From positions 33,356 through 97,355 of the forward strand of contig CAZRTJ010000014.1 of assembly GCA_964602985.1 (NCBI GenBank): a stretch of DNA of 64,000 bases, written 5' to 3'. Source of the DNA: an uncultured Bacteroidota bacterium. Its GTDB lineage: Bacteria > CLD3 > SB21. This document shows positions 11,030 through 19,985 of the stretch, piece after piece. The notes under the pieces are model-generated. The model saw only the letters and a list, made by a program, of their open reading frames with translations, was not told the DNA's origin and did not search any database. How positions within the stretch are numbered: the stretch's first letter is position 1; every line of letters begins with the position of its first letter. The position numbers and the translations under genes are program-made.

Positions 11030-11200
11030 CCGATCGTCCAGCGAAGTCGAGACGAGTCGTCGAGCTTTCGTGGCCTCCTCGACTCCCGCTCGGAGGCCGG
11101 TTTGGTCGTCGAGCGAATTCGAGACGGGTCTTCGAGCTTTCGTGGCCTCCTCGACTCCCGCTCGGAGGCCGATCCGGTCGTTGAGCGGGAGTCGAAACGA
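11030..11200. repeat. REP-like palindromic element, two tandem ~70-bp units (core GGCCTCCTCGACTCCCGCTCGGAGGCC)
   Basis: Direct tandem duplication visible in the sequence. Core contains the hairpin GGCCTCC...GGAGGCC. Same family as 14815, 16080, 51186 and 60170. Confidence 0.6.
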
Positions 11201-11205
11201 CCGAT

Positions 11206-11898
11206 TCATCCCTGCCCGCAGTATTGTTTGTGTTGGTCGATTCGCAGTTTGACGACCTCGTCGGGAAACGGAATGCCGCGCCGGTGGCGGACTTCCCAAA
11301 TCAAGTCATAGTCAAAATCCCAGTCGGCCCTGTAATTTCGATTGTTCTTGAGCCTCTCGGCATATTGCTGTCGTCCACGCTCGAGCGTTTCGGACACGAA
11401 CTTCTTGTTTTCTTCCTTCCATTCGTCGGGAATGTCCGGCGCGATGGCCTGTGCTTCCTCCAGATCCTCGAGAACCTTGAAGTCGGAATAGAAATCCGAC
11501 ATCAGAAGGTCCACGGTAATCAGCAAGGACACCTCCTGTTCGATGCTCGACGAGATCTGCGCGACTTCCATCGCCGTTTTGGCCGATCCGATTTCATTCA
11601 GAATGCGTTCCGGCGCCAGCGCGCGAATGATCTCGTCCATTTTCCTATAGCTCTCCAACCGGGCCGCTTCCTGATCCTCGACGAGGGCAATGGCGCATCT
11701 CACTTCCGGATGTTCTCTTTCAATCACCGCTCGGAAGTCTTCCAGCCTGGCGCAGCTTTTGATCGCCTCCGCCATTTTCTTTTCCGCTTCGTAGCATCTC
11801 TTATACGCCGGTTGGTTTTCGTATTTTTTCATCCGCGCTTCGTAGTACGCGATATACTCTGCGTGTCGTTGATCCATCTTAGTCTCCAAAAAAACCAC
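11206..11898 (-). CDS. hypothetical protein (charged, helical; alternative start at 11877)
   Basis: Minus-strand ORF with E/K/R-rich, protein-like composition. Preferred over the overlapping plus-strand ORF 11224-11955 because neighbouring genes are on the minus strand. Confidence 0.45.
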   Translation of the reverse strand: MVFLETKMDQRHAEYIAYYEARMKKYENQPAYKRCYEAEKKMAEAIKSCARLEDFRAVIEREHPEVRCAIALVEDQEAARLESYRKMDEIIRALAPERILNEIGSAKTAMEVAQISSSIEQEVSLLITVDLLMSDFYSDFKVLEDLEEAQAIAPDIPDEWKEENKKFVSETLERGRQQYAERLKNNRNYRADWDFDYDLIWEVRHRRGIPFPDEVVKLRIDQHKQYCGQG

Positions 11899-11958
11899 GC
11901 CGTGGGTCCTTGTCTCAAGCCATCCCGGAGGATGTCACAGACGCGCACGGCGTGAATG

Positions 11959-12189
11959 TTATGGACTCGTCGTGCCGATTTCCGATTCGTCGAATACCTG
12001 ATCCCAGTTGATCTCTACATCTTCATTCCACAAGCAGACCGCTTCCGAGGATCCGTCCACGATCAGGACAGCCGGTTCGTCGATCCCCTCCCCGGGCGCC
12101 AGTCCGCACGCTTCCTCATGGACAGGGGACGGTTTGCCCGCAGACATCAGACCCGCAACGATCCAGAGTATCTCAAGCCAGATGTTCAT
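11959..12189 (-). CDS. small secreted hypothetical protein (76 aa)
   Basis: N-terminal hydrophobic segment MNIWLEILWIVAGLMSAG; sits between two minus-strand genes. Confidence 0.3.
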   Translation of the reverse strand: MNIWLEILWIVAGLMSAGKPSPVHEEACGLAPGEGIDEPAVLIVDGSSEAVCLWNEDVEINWDQVFDESEIGTTSP

Positions 12190-12241
12190 TGTCGGCTCCT
12201 CGAAAGGAGCCGCACGCCATGGAAGACGTGCGGCCGTTCTT

Positions 12242-14185
12242 TTACTGCTTCCAGTTTCCGCTCTTGGCGATGTTCTCTTTGGGAATTTCGTACCCGAAAT
12301 TCAGAATCGTAGGCTTGATCTGATATCCGGTGGAATGGAACGTGTAGTCATCCGGAATCGCACCCAGTCCCGTCCATCGGAAATTCTTCTCTGTTGGCTG
12401 ACGGGAGAAGGACAGGAGAATGATTTCATATTTTCCATCCGGCCTTTCAAACAGTCCATAGCCCGTACCGACGTAGTTGTTCACCTGAGTCTGGTTCGGG
12501 AAAGGTTTCATGACCACGCCGGTTTGGGCGCACGACAACTTGATCAGCTTGCCGTATTTCGATAATTCTTCCCGATTAGGAATTTCTAACTGTTTGTCAA
12601 CCGAACCGTACTGATCCGGAAAGACGACGGTGGACAGTTTCTTGGCCCACAGTTTTTCGTAATACGCCTTCAGCACTTCCTTGCCCTTGCCGTCGAGTTG
12701 GATTCGGAAATTTCCCGTCGCGGCAAATTTATCGTCGTACCCCTTGTCGTCCAGACCGAACACGATGTCGTACGTTCCCGGCGTCAGGGACAACAGCCAC
12801 TTCACCATGTGCAGCGTGGGCAAGTATTGAAGATGGCTCTTGTAGGTGGTCTTCTCAGGATCCGGAAGCAGATCGAGGGCAATGTACGACAGCTTCAGCG
12901 CGGGCTGGTCCTTCCCGCCGACATCATACACATGGACGGAGGATGAGACGCCCTTGTCTTCCGTACTGAGTTTGAAGAACGCGTCCGGAAGGCACGAAAC
13001 ACTGTACCCGAGGTCTCGATCGATCTTAGTCGCGCCGATTTCTTTCACCGTCTGGCGGAAATACGCCATCGCATACACGGGTTGTCCGGGTATGATCTCT
13101 GTGACGATGTCGGCAGAGTTTTCCTTTCCGACGGTCTGCGGATTCTTGAACAGTACGATTTTGTTGACGTTTTGTTTGTGGAAGGGACCGGTGAACAAGT
13201 GCGCAAAGTTGGTCATCGCTCGTTCAAACGCCGAATTGGCTTCCTTCTCCACATCTTCAAACACCGGATTGTCTGGAAACATGGCTTTGAAACTCCGCGC
13301 CATCAGACCGGCCATTTCGAAATACGCCAGCTTGACGTCTGTACTGTAGGTGATCCCGTCCCCCTGTGCGATACAGATCGACACGGCGCGCGCCAGCTCC
13401 CGTTGACCGTCTTCCATTTTGTCTTTCCACAACAGGAGCTTGTTGATCGACTCGTTGATTTTCTCATCGTCTCCGCTGGTCACGCCGATCTCTTTCCCGT
13501 CTTTGGCTTCCTGGCCGCGCGCGGGCTTGTGCAGTCGATTCTTCAGCGCGTAGAAGTATTTCGGCTGGGACGCTTTGTCGGAGGCCATTCGTTTGGCCAG
13601 GGATGGATAGTCGATTTGCTGCAGGATCTGAACCATCGTGCTCGGTTGCACCTGATCGCCCGAGACGGTCGGCAGCATGTGTTCCGCGACGATATCGTAC
13701 GGGGATCGACTCACGGCTTCGGCGATGCCTTTGTAGTAGGGCAACATCGATGCTGCGCTATTGCCGCCGCCACCCGCACTGTTGCCTCTGGCCGCAATGG
13801 CGGCCTTGCGTCGATCCACGCCTTCCCACATGGGTTTGGTGTCTTCCTTGGGCCAGTTCTTCTCGATCATCTGGATCTGCAGTTCGATCTTGTTGACATA
13901 CCGGGGCAACTGGCTTTCCCAGTTTTGATTGCCCCATTTGCCTTCCTTGATGACCGTATCAAAATCTCCAAACAGTTTTCGCAGATCCGTAAGCGCCTGC
14001 GTGAGCCGCGAGTCCTTCGTTCCCTCCTGTTGTTGTCCGCCGCCCGCGCGACCGCCTTGCGAATCGCTCTTGCCTTTGTCCTTCTTCTTGTCCTTGAGCA
14101 GTTTGTCCAGTTGGGCGGAACTTCCGCCGACATCGGCAAAACCGATCGCCAGAACGGCGAGAAGAATTGACAGAATCGTTTTCAT
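12242..14185 (-). CDS. secreted hypothetical protein (647 aa)
   Basis: Signal peptide MKTILSILLAVLAIGFA, followed by a K/D/G-rich low-complexity linker and a large globular region; no family recognised. Confidence 0.6.
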   Translation of the reverse strand: MKTILSILLAVLAIGFADVGGSSAQLDKLLKDKKKDKGKSDSQGGRAGGGQQQEGTKDSRLTQALTDLRKLFGDFDTVIKEGKWGNQNWESQLPRYVNKIELQIQMIEKNWPKEDTKPMWEGVDRRKAAIAARGNSAGGGGNSAASMLPYYKGIAEAVSRSPYDIVAEHMLPTVSGDQVQPSTMVQILQQIDYPSLAKRMASDKASQPKYFYALKNRLHKPARGQEAKDGKEIGVTSGDDEKINESINKLLLWKDKMEDGQRELARAVSICIAQGDGITYSTDVKLAYFEMAGLMARSFKAMFPDNPVFEDVEKEANSAFERAMTNFAHLFTGPFHKQNVNKIVLFKNPQTVGKENSADIVTEIIPGQPVYAMAYFRQTVKEIGATKIDRDLGYSVSCLPDAFFKLSTEDKGVSSSVHVYDVGGKDQPALKLSYIALDLLPDPEKTTYKSHLQYLPTLHMVKWLLSLTPGTYDIVFGLDDKGYDDKFAATGNFRIQLDGKGKEVLKAYYEKLWAKKLSTVVFPDQYGSVDKQLEIPNREELSKYGKLIKLSCAQTGVVMKPFPNQTQVNNYVGTGYGLFERPDGKYEIILLSFSRQPTEKNFRWTGLGAIPDDYTFHSTGYQIKPTILNFGYEIPKENIAKSGNWKQ

Positions 14186-14212
14186 GAACTCCTCCTTGGA
14201 ATAGTGAGTGGA

Positions 14213-14746
14213 TTATGGGTTTGAGACAAGGGATAATCGAGCTGTAAAACTTCCATAAATCGACGTAGTACCGTCGTCCAGACGAACACGGCCAATCACG
14301 TCCTGACCGTCCACTCGCTGAATTTCCATGGTTCCCGCATCGCGACCGGACAGAATCACCGATCCTCCGCGCGTCTGGAATTGCGCCGACACTCGCCGTT
14401 CCCCGCTGTCCGTGCACGCATACACGCCTGGATCCAACGACGACGTGCCATCCACGACCAGCGTGATGCGAATGTCTTCCACCGAAGAGGGAGCACGATT
14501 CGCAGCCAGGTCGTAATTCGCCATCGAAATCAGGTACCTCCGGTCGCTGACCCGGGAGACCCGTCCGGGCTGGAGTTTCACCTCGTGCTGCAGGACGGGA
14601 TTGTAAGACGCCTTGGACTCCACGATCACAGAATTCCCCACGCCGGAATTCAAGCGGCCACAGGAGGGCAGGATCAGGAGACATGCGATGACAATACTTC
14701 GATTCATCATGCAGGTCAACATGTTCAAAACCACGCGCGCAGGCAA
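14213..14746 (-). CDS. hypothetical lipoprotein (likely start at MMNRSIVIACLLILPSCG, near 14710)
   Basis: Lipobox LILPSCG; 27 nt downstream of the 12242-14185 gene on the same strand. Confidence 0.5.
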   Translation of the reverse strand: MPARVVLNMLTCMMNRSIVIACLLILPSCGRLNSGVGNSVIVESKASYNPVLQHEVKLQPGRVSRVSDRRYLISMANYDLAANRAPSSVEDIRITLVVDGTSSLDPGVYACTDSGERRVSAQFQTRGGSVILSGRDAGTMEIQRVDGQDVIGRVRLDDGTTSIYGSFTARLSLVSNP

Positions 14747-14814
14747 CTAACACAATCGACAGTCCGCAAACCGATCGTCCCGTCGAACTATCACAATCGA
14801 TAGGTTTTCGGCCT

Positions 14815-14880
14815 CCCCTTGCGCGCGGGAGTCGAGACGGGTCGTCGAGCGGGAGTCGAGACGGGTCGGGTTTTTATCGT
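14815..14880. repeat. REP-like element copy (GCGGGAGTCGAGACGGGTCGTCGAGCGGGAGTCGAGACGGGTCG)
   Basis: Shares the CGAGCGGGAGTCGAGACGGG unit with the 11030 and 16080 loci. Confidence 0.5.
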
Positions 14881-14931
14881 TGCGTTGCCAGGTCCTTTGT
14901 GGCAAATTGCCAAAAACTCGAAGGATTTTGG

Positions 14932-15696
14932 ATGAAGAAGCTGATCCTATGGATTTGCGGCACGGCTTTGGGTTGGGCGCAGTCGGATTATCCCGAAGCC
15001 ATCATGGATAATTCCTTTCTGATCGAGGAGGCTTACAATCAGGAACCGGGAGTCGTTCAACACATTTCGAATTTTGTCTACGATCACAAGGCGCAGGACT
15101 GGACGTATTCGTTCACACAGGAGTGGCCCGTCGTGAGTCAAAGACACCAGTTGAGTTTTTCTGTGCCGCTGGCCAATGTCAACAACCATTCGGGAATCGG
15201 AGACATTGCGGTCAATTATCGTTATCAGGCCGCATTCGACCCCAACGGGTGGTCGTTTTCGCCTCGATTGACTCTTTTCCTCCCGACGGGCGATGCTGGC
15301 AAGGATCTGGGCTCCGATCCCATGTACTATCAATTGAATTTTCCTGTCGGCGTCCGGGCGTCTTCGCGCTGGGCGCTGCACTTCAATGCAGGAACGACGT
15401 ATCAACCGGGCGTCGATATCGGAGGAGATAGACAGAGTCTATTGAACGCACATATCGGAGCGAGTGCCATCTGGTTGGTACGTCAGAATTTCAATCTCAT
15501 GGTCGAATGGATCTCCGAGTGGAACGACGACGGATCGAAATTCAAGAAAAGCTCTGTCATCAATCCGGGATTTCGTTGGGCGAAGAATTTCGGAAGCCTC
15601 CAGATCGTGCCGGGCGCGTCCCTCCCGATCGAGTTGACCCGCGGCGACAAGTTCCGACAGGTTTTCCTGTACTTGTCACTGGAACATCCGTTCTGA
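14932..15696 (+). CDS. outer-membrane beta-barrel protein (MetA-pathway/transporter-like family)
   Basis: Signal peptide MKKLILWICGTALGWAQS; alternating amphipathic strands; C-terminal ...LYLSLEHPF with terminal Phe, typical of OMP barrels. Confidence 0.5.
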   Translation: MKKLILWICGTALGWAQSDYPEAIMDNSFLIEEAYNQEPGVVQHISNFVYDHKAQDWTYSFTQEWPVVSQRHQLSFSVPLANVNNHSGIGDIAVNYRYQAAFDPNGWSFSPRLTLFLPTGDAGKDLGSDPMYYQLNFPVGVRASSRWALHFNAGTTYQPGVDIGGDRQSLLNAHIGASAIWLVRQNFNLMVEWISEWNDDGSKFKKSSVINPGFRWAKNFGSLQIVPGASLPIELTRGDKFRQVFLYLSLEHPF

Positions 15697-16079
15697 AACG
15701 GGCGGCCCCGAGGCATTTTTCCGCAGGCCGCGAGAGAAAGTTATTCTCGGCGACCTGTGAAAGCCTACGTATTCCTCAGGGCTTTCGCCATGAGATCGAC
15801 AAGAATGACGCACTCCCCAAAAAAGGGTTTAGCCCCAAATTGATATCATGCCCTGCGTCCGGTTTGGATCCACTACGTCCGAGCGACAAACGACGTGAAA
15901 AAACTCTGCGGCATCCTTTTGCGGAGGCCGAATTGAACGCATGTCGCAGAACGAGCGGAAAAACCATACTGCTGTGAGAATGAGAATAGCCTGCGGCAGT
16001 ATGGAGTTGGAATTCTGAATCATGAGGATGACTGGGCCTGCAAGTTCAGGCCTCCTCGTCTGGCGCTCGGAGGCCGTTC

Positions 16080-16190
16080 CTATTTTCTTGCGCTCAATGA
16101 TCGTCGAGCGGGAGTCGAGACGGGGTCGTCGAGCGGGAGTCGAGACGGGGTCGTCGAGCGGGAGTCGAGACGGGGCTGCATTCCTCAGCC
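16080..16190. repeat. REP-like element, three tandem 24-bp units GTCGTCGAGCGGGAGTCGAGACGGGG
   Basis: Perfect triplication visible in the sequence; CTCGACTCCCGCTCGAG-type palindrome. Confidence 0.6.
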
Positions 16191-16268
16191 TGAAACCGGA
16201 CACTCGATCCGCTCTGAAAGGCTTGATTCTCCTGCCTCGCGTCGCTACACTCCATCGGAGGTGATCCT

Positions 16269-16871
16269 ATGATCGATCCGCGAGTCGATGCTTACATTGA
16301 ACGGGCGGCGGCCTTCGCACAACCGATTCTCCGCCGCTTGCGGGAGATCGTCCACGAAGTGTGCCCTGACGTCAGGGAGACGATGAAATGGTCCTTCCCC
16401 CATTTCGAATACAAAGGCGTACTCTGCAGTTTCGCGGCGTTTAAAGAGCACTGTGCGTTTACGTTCTGGAAAGGCTCGCTCCTGTCCGACCCAAAGAAGA
16501 TTCTGAACACATCCGACGCCATGGGCCATTTGGGAAAGATCCGAACGATTAGCGATCTCCCACCGGCCGCGACGCTCAACCGGTACCTCCGCGAGGCGAT
16601 GAAACTCAACGAAGCCGGAATCAAACCGAAGAAGACTCCGTCTGGGAAGAAGAACATCGCCGTACCGGCCGATCTCAGGCGAGCGCTCGCGGCTAAGGCA
16701 AAAGCCCGCGCTCATTGGCAGGTCCTCAGCCCAAGCCACCGACGCGAGTACATCGAGTGGATCACCGAAGCGAAAATGCCCGCCACGCGAACGCGACGAA
16801 TCGCCCAAACCGTGACATGGCTGTCCCAGGGAAAGAATCGAAACTGGAAATACGAAAGAAAGGATGCATGA
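16269..16871 (+). CDS. YdeI/OmpD-associated family protein (DUF1801 + YdeI C-terminal domain)
   Basis: MIDPRVDAYIERAAAFAQPILRRLREIVHEV...HRREYIEWITEAKMPATRTRRIAQTVTWL is characteristic of the family. Confidence 0.7.
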   Translation: MIDPRVDAYIERAAAFAQPILRRLREIVHEVCPDVRETMKWSFPHFEYKGVLCSFAAFKEHCAFTFWKGSLLSDPKKILNTSDAMGHLGKIRTISDLPPAATLNRYLREAMKLNEAGIKPKKTPSGKKNIAVPADLRRALAAKAKARAHWQVLSPSHRREYIEWITEAKMPATRTRRIAQTVTWLSQGKNRNWKYERKDA

Positions 16872-17278
16872 AACGAATTTGGATCCTCGCTCTGGCGCTC
16901 TCCGGTTGTACTGCATCACGGTCGATATCGTCGGACAAGCTGGCCTGCACGGAATTGCGGGACAAGAATGCCTTGCCGACTTTTCTCGTCCATTTTGAAA
17001 CCGCCGTCGTGAAGAAAGCCGACATGAACATAACCGGCCGAGTGACGGGATTGGACAGCTCATCGCTTGTGGGAATCCCGGTTCAGCTCGGATACTGGAA
17101 GCACGCGGATGACGGATCGTACTTTTACATTCGACTCGAACGAAAGACGGATGCGAGCGGGCAATTTCATTTTCAAACCGCCGTTTTGCCGGAAGATTAC
17201 TTGATATTCGAGACGCCCTCCGAGAGCCGCTTCTATCGGATCGGCGAATTGCTCGAATCCGACCAGTGCGCGGAGTAG
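16867..17278 (+). CDS. hypothetical lipoprotein
   Basis: ATG overlaps the ydeI-like stop (ATGA). Signal peptide MKRIWILALALSGC with lipobox. Confidence 0.5.
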
Positions 17279-17284
17279 CGATGG

Positions 17285-17865
17285 GCGTTATTTCGAACCA
17301 CCAAAGGCCTCCACTCTGGTCATTTCGAACTGCCGAAGGCGGTGAGAAATCTTTTCGTTCCTATTGGACTGCCGAACGACAAGATTTCTCAGTCGCTTCG
17401 CTCCTTCGAAATGACCAAACAACCCAGACCCTGCATCCGCTACGCGACATCGACGCGACCAAAGGCCTCCACTCCCTGGTCATTTCGAACTGCCGAAGGC
17501 CATCTTTCCCCGTCATTTCGAACCACCAAAGGCACTCCACTCTGGTCATTTCGAACCGCCGAAGGCGGTGAGAAATCCTTTCTTTCCTGTTGTACTGCCG
17601 AACGACAAGATTTCTCAGTCGCTTCGCTCCTTCGAAATGACCAAACAACCCAGACCCTGCATCCGCCACGCGACGTAGTCGCCACCAAAGGCCTCCACTC
17701 TGGTCATTTCGAACCGCCGAAGGCCATCTTTTCCTCGTCATTTCGAACCGCCGAAGGCGGTGAGAAATCCTTTCGTTCACGTTCCACTGCCGAACGACAA
17801 GATCTTTCAGTCGCTTCGCTCCTTCGAAATGACCAAAGAGTCCCGCCGTTCCCAATCAAAAATCA
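17285..17865. repeat. higher-order tandem repeat, 3 copies of a ~160-bp unit with internal sub-duplications; each unit forms a long imperfect hairpin (GGTCATTTCGAAC...GTTCGAAATGACC)
   Basis: Units start near 17300, 17458 and 17686. The sub-motif GGTCATTTCGAAC[TC]GCCGAAGGC occurs at least 6 times. A 12-bp perfect inverted repeat GGTCATTTCGAA/TTCGAAATGACC is present in every unit. Confidence 0.8.
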
Positions 17866-17875
17866 TTTGAAAAGG

Positions 17876-17900
17876 ACATTTAATTTTCCAATTGTCCTTT
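17876..17900 (+). promoter_or_regulatory. inverted repeat AAAGGACA-N14-TGTCCTTT immediately upstream of lysC (candidate operator)
   Basis: Perfect 8-bp inverted repeat in an AT-rich stretch, 25-45 nt before the lysC ATG. Confidence 0.2.
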
Positions 17901-17922
17901 AGTCAGTAACCCAATTACACAG

Positions 17923-19326
17923 ATGGCCTTAACCACACACCCGAGCCGACGGGTCGCCAAGTTCGGCGGCACCAGCATGGCCGACGCCAACGCAATCCGA
18001 CGCAGCGCGTCCATCGCCATCGAACGCAATGCCGACCTCGTCGTGGTGTCCGCAACCGCCGGCACGACCAACACGCTCATCGAAATCTCCCGACTGGCCG
18101 TCTCCGGCCAATGGCCGAACGCGAAATCCCATCTCGACGCGATGCGCGAGCGACACGAACATGTGGCATCCGAGTTGAATTGTCCGAACGACACACGAGA
18201 GGAATTGCGTCAGCTTCTGATCGAAGCGGATACCATCGCTCACGGGATCTTTCTTCTGCGCGAGTGTTCCCCTCGCGCCTACGACCGTCTCCTCAGCATC
18301 GGCGAACGGATGAGTTCGCTCTTGTGCGCGGCGGCCCTCCGCGAGATCGCCGGAGCACGTCCGGTCGAAAATGTCGACGTCCGGCGCGTTCTCCGTACGG
18401 ACGATCAATTCGGCAAGGCCATGCCGCTGACGGACGAAATTCCCAAACTGTCCGCGTCGATCTTCCCGCACCTGGGACAAACGATCTACGTCACCCAGGG
18501 TTTTGTCGGCGGAACCGAATCCGGCGAGACGACGACACTGGGACGAGGCGGCAGTGATTTTTCCGCCACGCTCCTGGGCGCAGCGATCGGCGCCTCCGTC
18601 GTGGAAATCTGGACGGACGTGGCCGGCATCGCCACGACGGACCCGCGCTTGTGTCCGGACGCTCGCCCGATCGCGGAAATGACGTTTCAGGAGGCCGCCG
18701 AACTCGCCGCCTTCGGCGCGAAAGTCCTCCACCCGACCACGCTGGCGCCCGCGATCCGCGCCGGTATCGAAGTTTTTGTCGGCAGCAGTTTTGAGCCGGA
18801 GCAGCCCGGCACCTGGATTCGCACGAAGACTGTCGACTCTCCCCTCGTTCGCGCCATGACCTTAAAGAAAGATCAATCGCTCCTCACGCTGACCACGCCG
18901 CGGATGTCGCACGTCCACGGATTCCTGTACTCCATTTTCAAAATCTTTAACGATCACAAAATCAGCGTCGACTCCATCACAACGTCGGAAATTTCCGTCG
19001 CGCTGACCGTGGACGACGCTACCCTGCTGAACAAATCGTTGTTTACCGAACTCAACCGCTTCGCGGAATTGCGAGTCGAAGAACATCTCACCCTCGTCAG
19101 CCTCATCGGCAACAACATCAACCACACGCCCGGGCTCGGCCGGATGATCTTCGACACGCTGGCGCCCGATCACGAGTCGTCCATCAACGTTCGCATGATC
19201 TGTCTTGGCGCGAGCAAACATAATTTTTGTTTCCTCGTCAATGAAAACGAAGCGCCCGAAGCCGTCCGACGGCTGCATCGGACGTTTATCGAAAGCAAAC
19301 TGCCGCGCAAAGCGGTCGTGTCGTGA
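17923..19326 (+). CDS. lysC: aspartate kinase (monofunctional, with ACT domains)
   Basis: MALTTHPSRRVAKFGGTSMADANAI...VVVSATAGTTNTLIE is the canonical aspartokinase N-terminus; 467 aa. Confidence 0.9.
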   Translation: MALTTHPSRRVAKFGGTSMADANAIRRSASIAIERNADLVVVSATAGTTNTLIEISRLAVSGQWPNAKSHLDAMRERHEHVASELNCPNDTREELRQLLIEADTIAHGIFLLRECSPRAYDRLLSIGERMSSLLCAAALREIAGARPVENVDVRRVLRTDDQFGKAMPLTDEIPKLSASIFPHLGQTIYVTQGFVGGTESGETTTLGRGGSDFSATLLGAAIGASVVEIWTDVAGIATTDPRLCPDARPIAEMTFQEAAELAAFGAKVLHPTTLAPAIRAGIEVFVGSSFEPEQPGTWIRTKTVDSPLVRAMTLKKDQSLLTLTTPRMSHVHGFLYSIFKIFNDHKISVDSITTSEISVALTVDDATLLNKSLFTELNRFAELRVEEHLTLVSLIGNNINHTPGLGRMIFDTLAPDHESSINVRMICLGASKHNFCFLVNENEAPEAVRRLHRTFIESKLPRKAVVS

Positions 19327-19985
19327 AAACAGCCGTTCTGGGAAAAGGCAAGACCGGCTCCAAAGTCATCGAACTCCTGAAGGATCGACCCGTGGACGTA
19401 TACGATCGTTCGCATCCTCCGACTGTCGATCACCTGTCCCGCGCGGATATCGTGATTTGTTTTCTCCCCGGTCCGGCCTTTCAGAAGATCCTTCCCATCC
19501 TGCTCGACTGCGAAAAGCCGGTCGTCACCGGCAGTACCGGCTGGGAAGGCGCCGAGACTCTCGATCAGAAACTGAAGTCGTCGGGTCGCACATGGATTTG
19601 GGGAACGAATTTCGCTCTGGGCATGAACGTGGTGAAACTTTGCATCGAGCAATTATCCAAAGCATCCCGTCTGGGAACCGCCCGGTATGCGATTCACGAA
19701 ATTCATCACACGCGGAAACTGGACGCGCCGAGCGGCACCGCGCTGTCCTGGCAACGCTGGCTCGGTCAGGACGTCTCCATCACCTCCGAACGCACAGGCG
19801 ACGTGATCGGCATTCACGAGTTGACTCTGCAGCTTCCGTTTGAGAAAATTTCTTTGCGTCATGAGGCGGAGGATCGCAAAATTTTTGCGCAAGGAGCCGT
19901 CTGGGCGGCCGAACAAATTCTGTCGCGTTCCCTGCGCCCGGGATTGATTCGATTTGACGAACTGGTCAGTCAGGAGTTGCTATGA
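19323..19985 (+). CDS. dapB: 4-hydroxy-tetrahydrodipicolinate reductase
   Basis: GTG start overlaps the lysC stop (GTGA). EIHHTRKLDAPSGTA is the DapB signature. Confidence 0.9.
   Translation: MKTAVLGKGKTGSKVIELLKDRPVDVYDRSHPPTVDHLSRADIVICFLPGPAFQKILPILLDCEKPVVTGSTGWEGAETLDQKLKSSGRTWIWGTNFALGMNVVKLCIEQLSKASRLGTARYAIHEIHHTRKLDAPSGTALSWQRWLGQDVSITSERTGDVIGIHELTLQLPFEKISLRHEAEDRKIFAQGAVWAAEQILSRSLRPGLIRFDELVSQELL

Noticed and set aside
11224-11955. Plus-strand 243-aa ORF overlapping the minus-strand 230-aa ORF
   Set aside because: The minus-strand product has protein-like charged/helical composition and matches the orientation of all neighbouring genes. The plus-strand product is low-complexity.
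17285-17865. Possible CRISPR array (regularly recurring ~25-bp motif)
   Set aside because: The segments between the motifs are themselves repeated as part of a ~160-bp higher-order unit, spacing is irregular, and there are no cas genes in the window. It is a tandem hairpin repeat.
17871-17922. Lysine riboswitch (L-box) upstream of lysC
   Set aside because: I could not find the conserved L-box cores in the 650 nt upstream on either strand. Only the tandem repeat and an AT-rich inverted-repeat region are visible. An Infernal scan would be needed to be sure.
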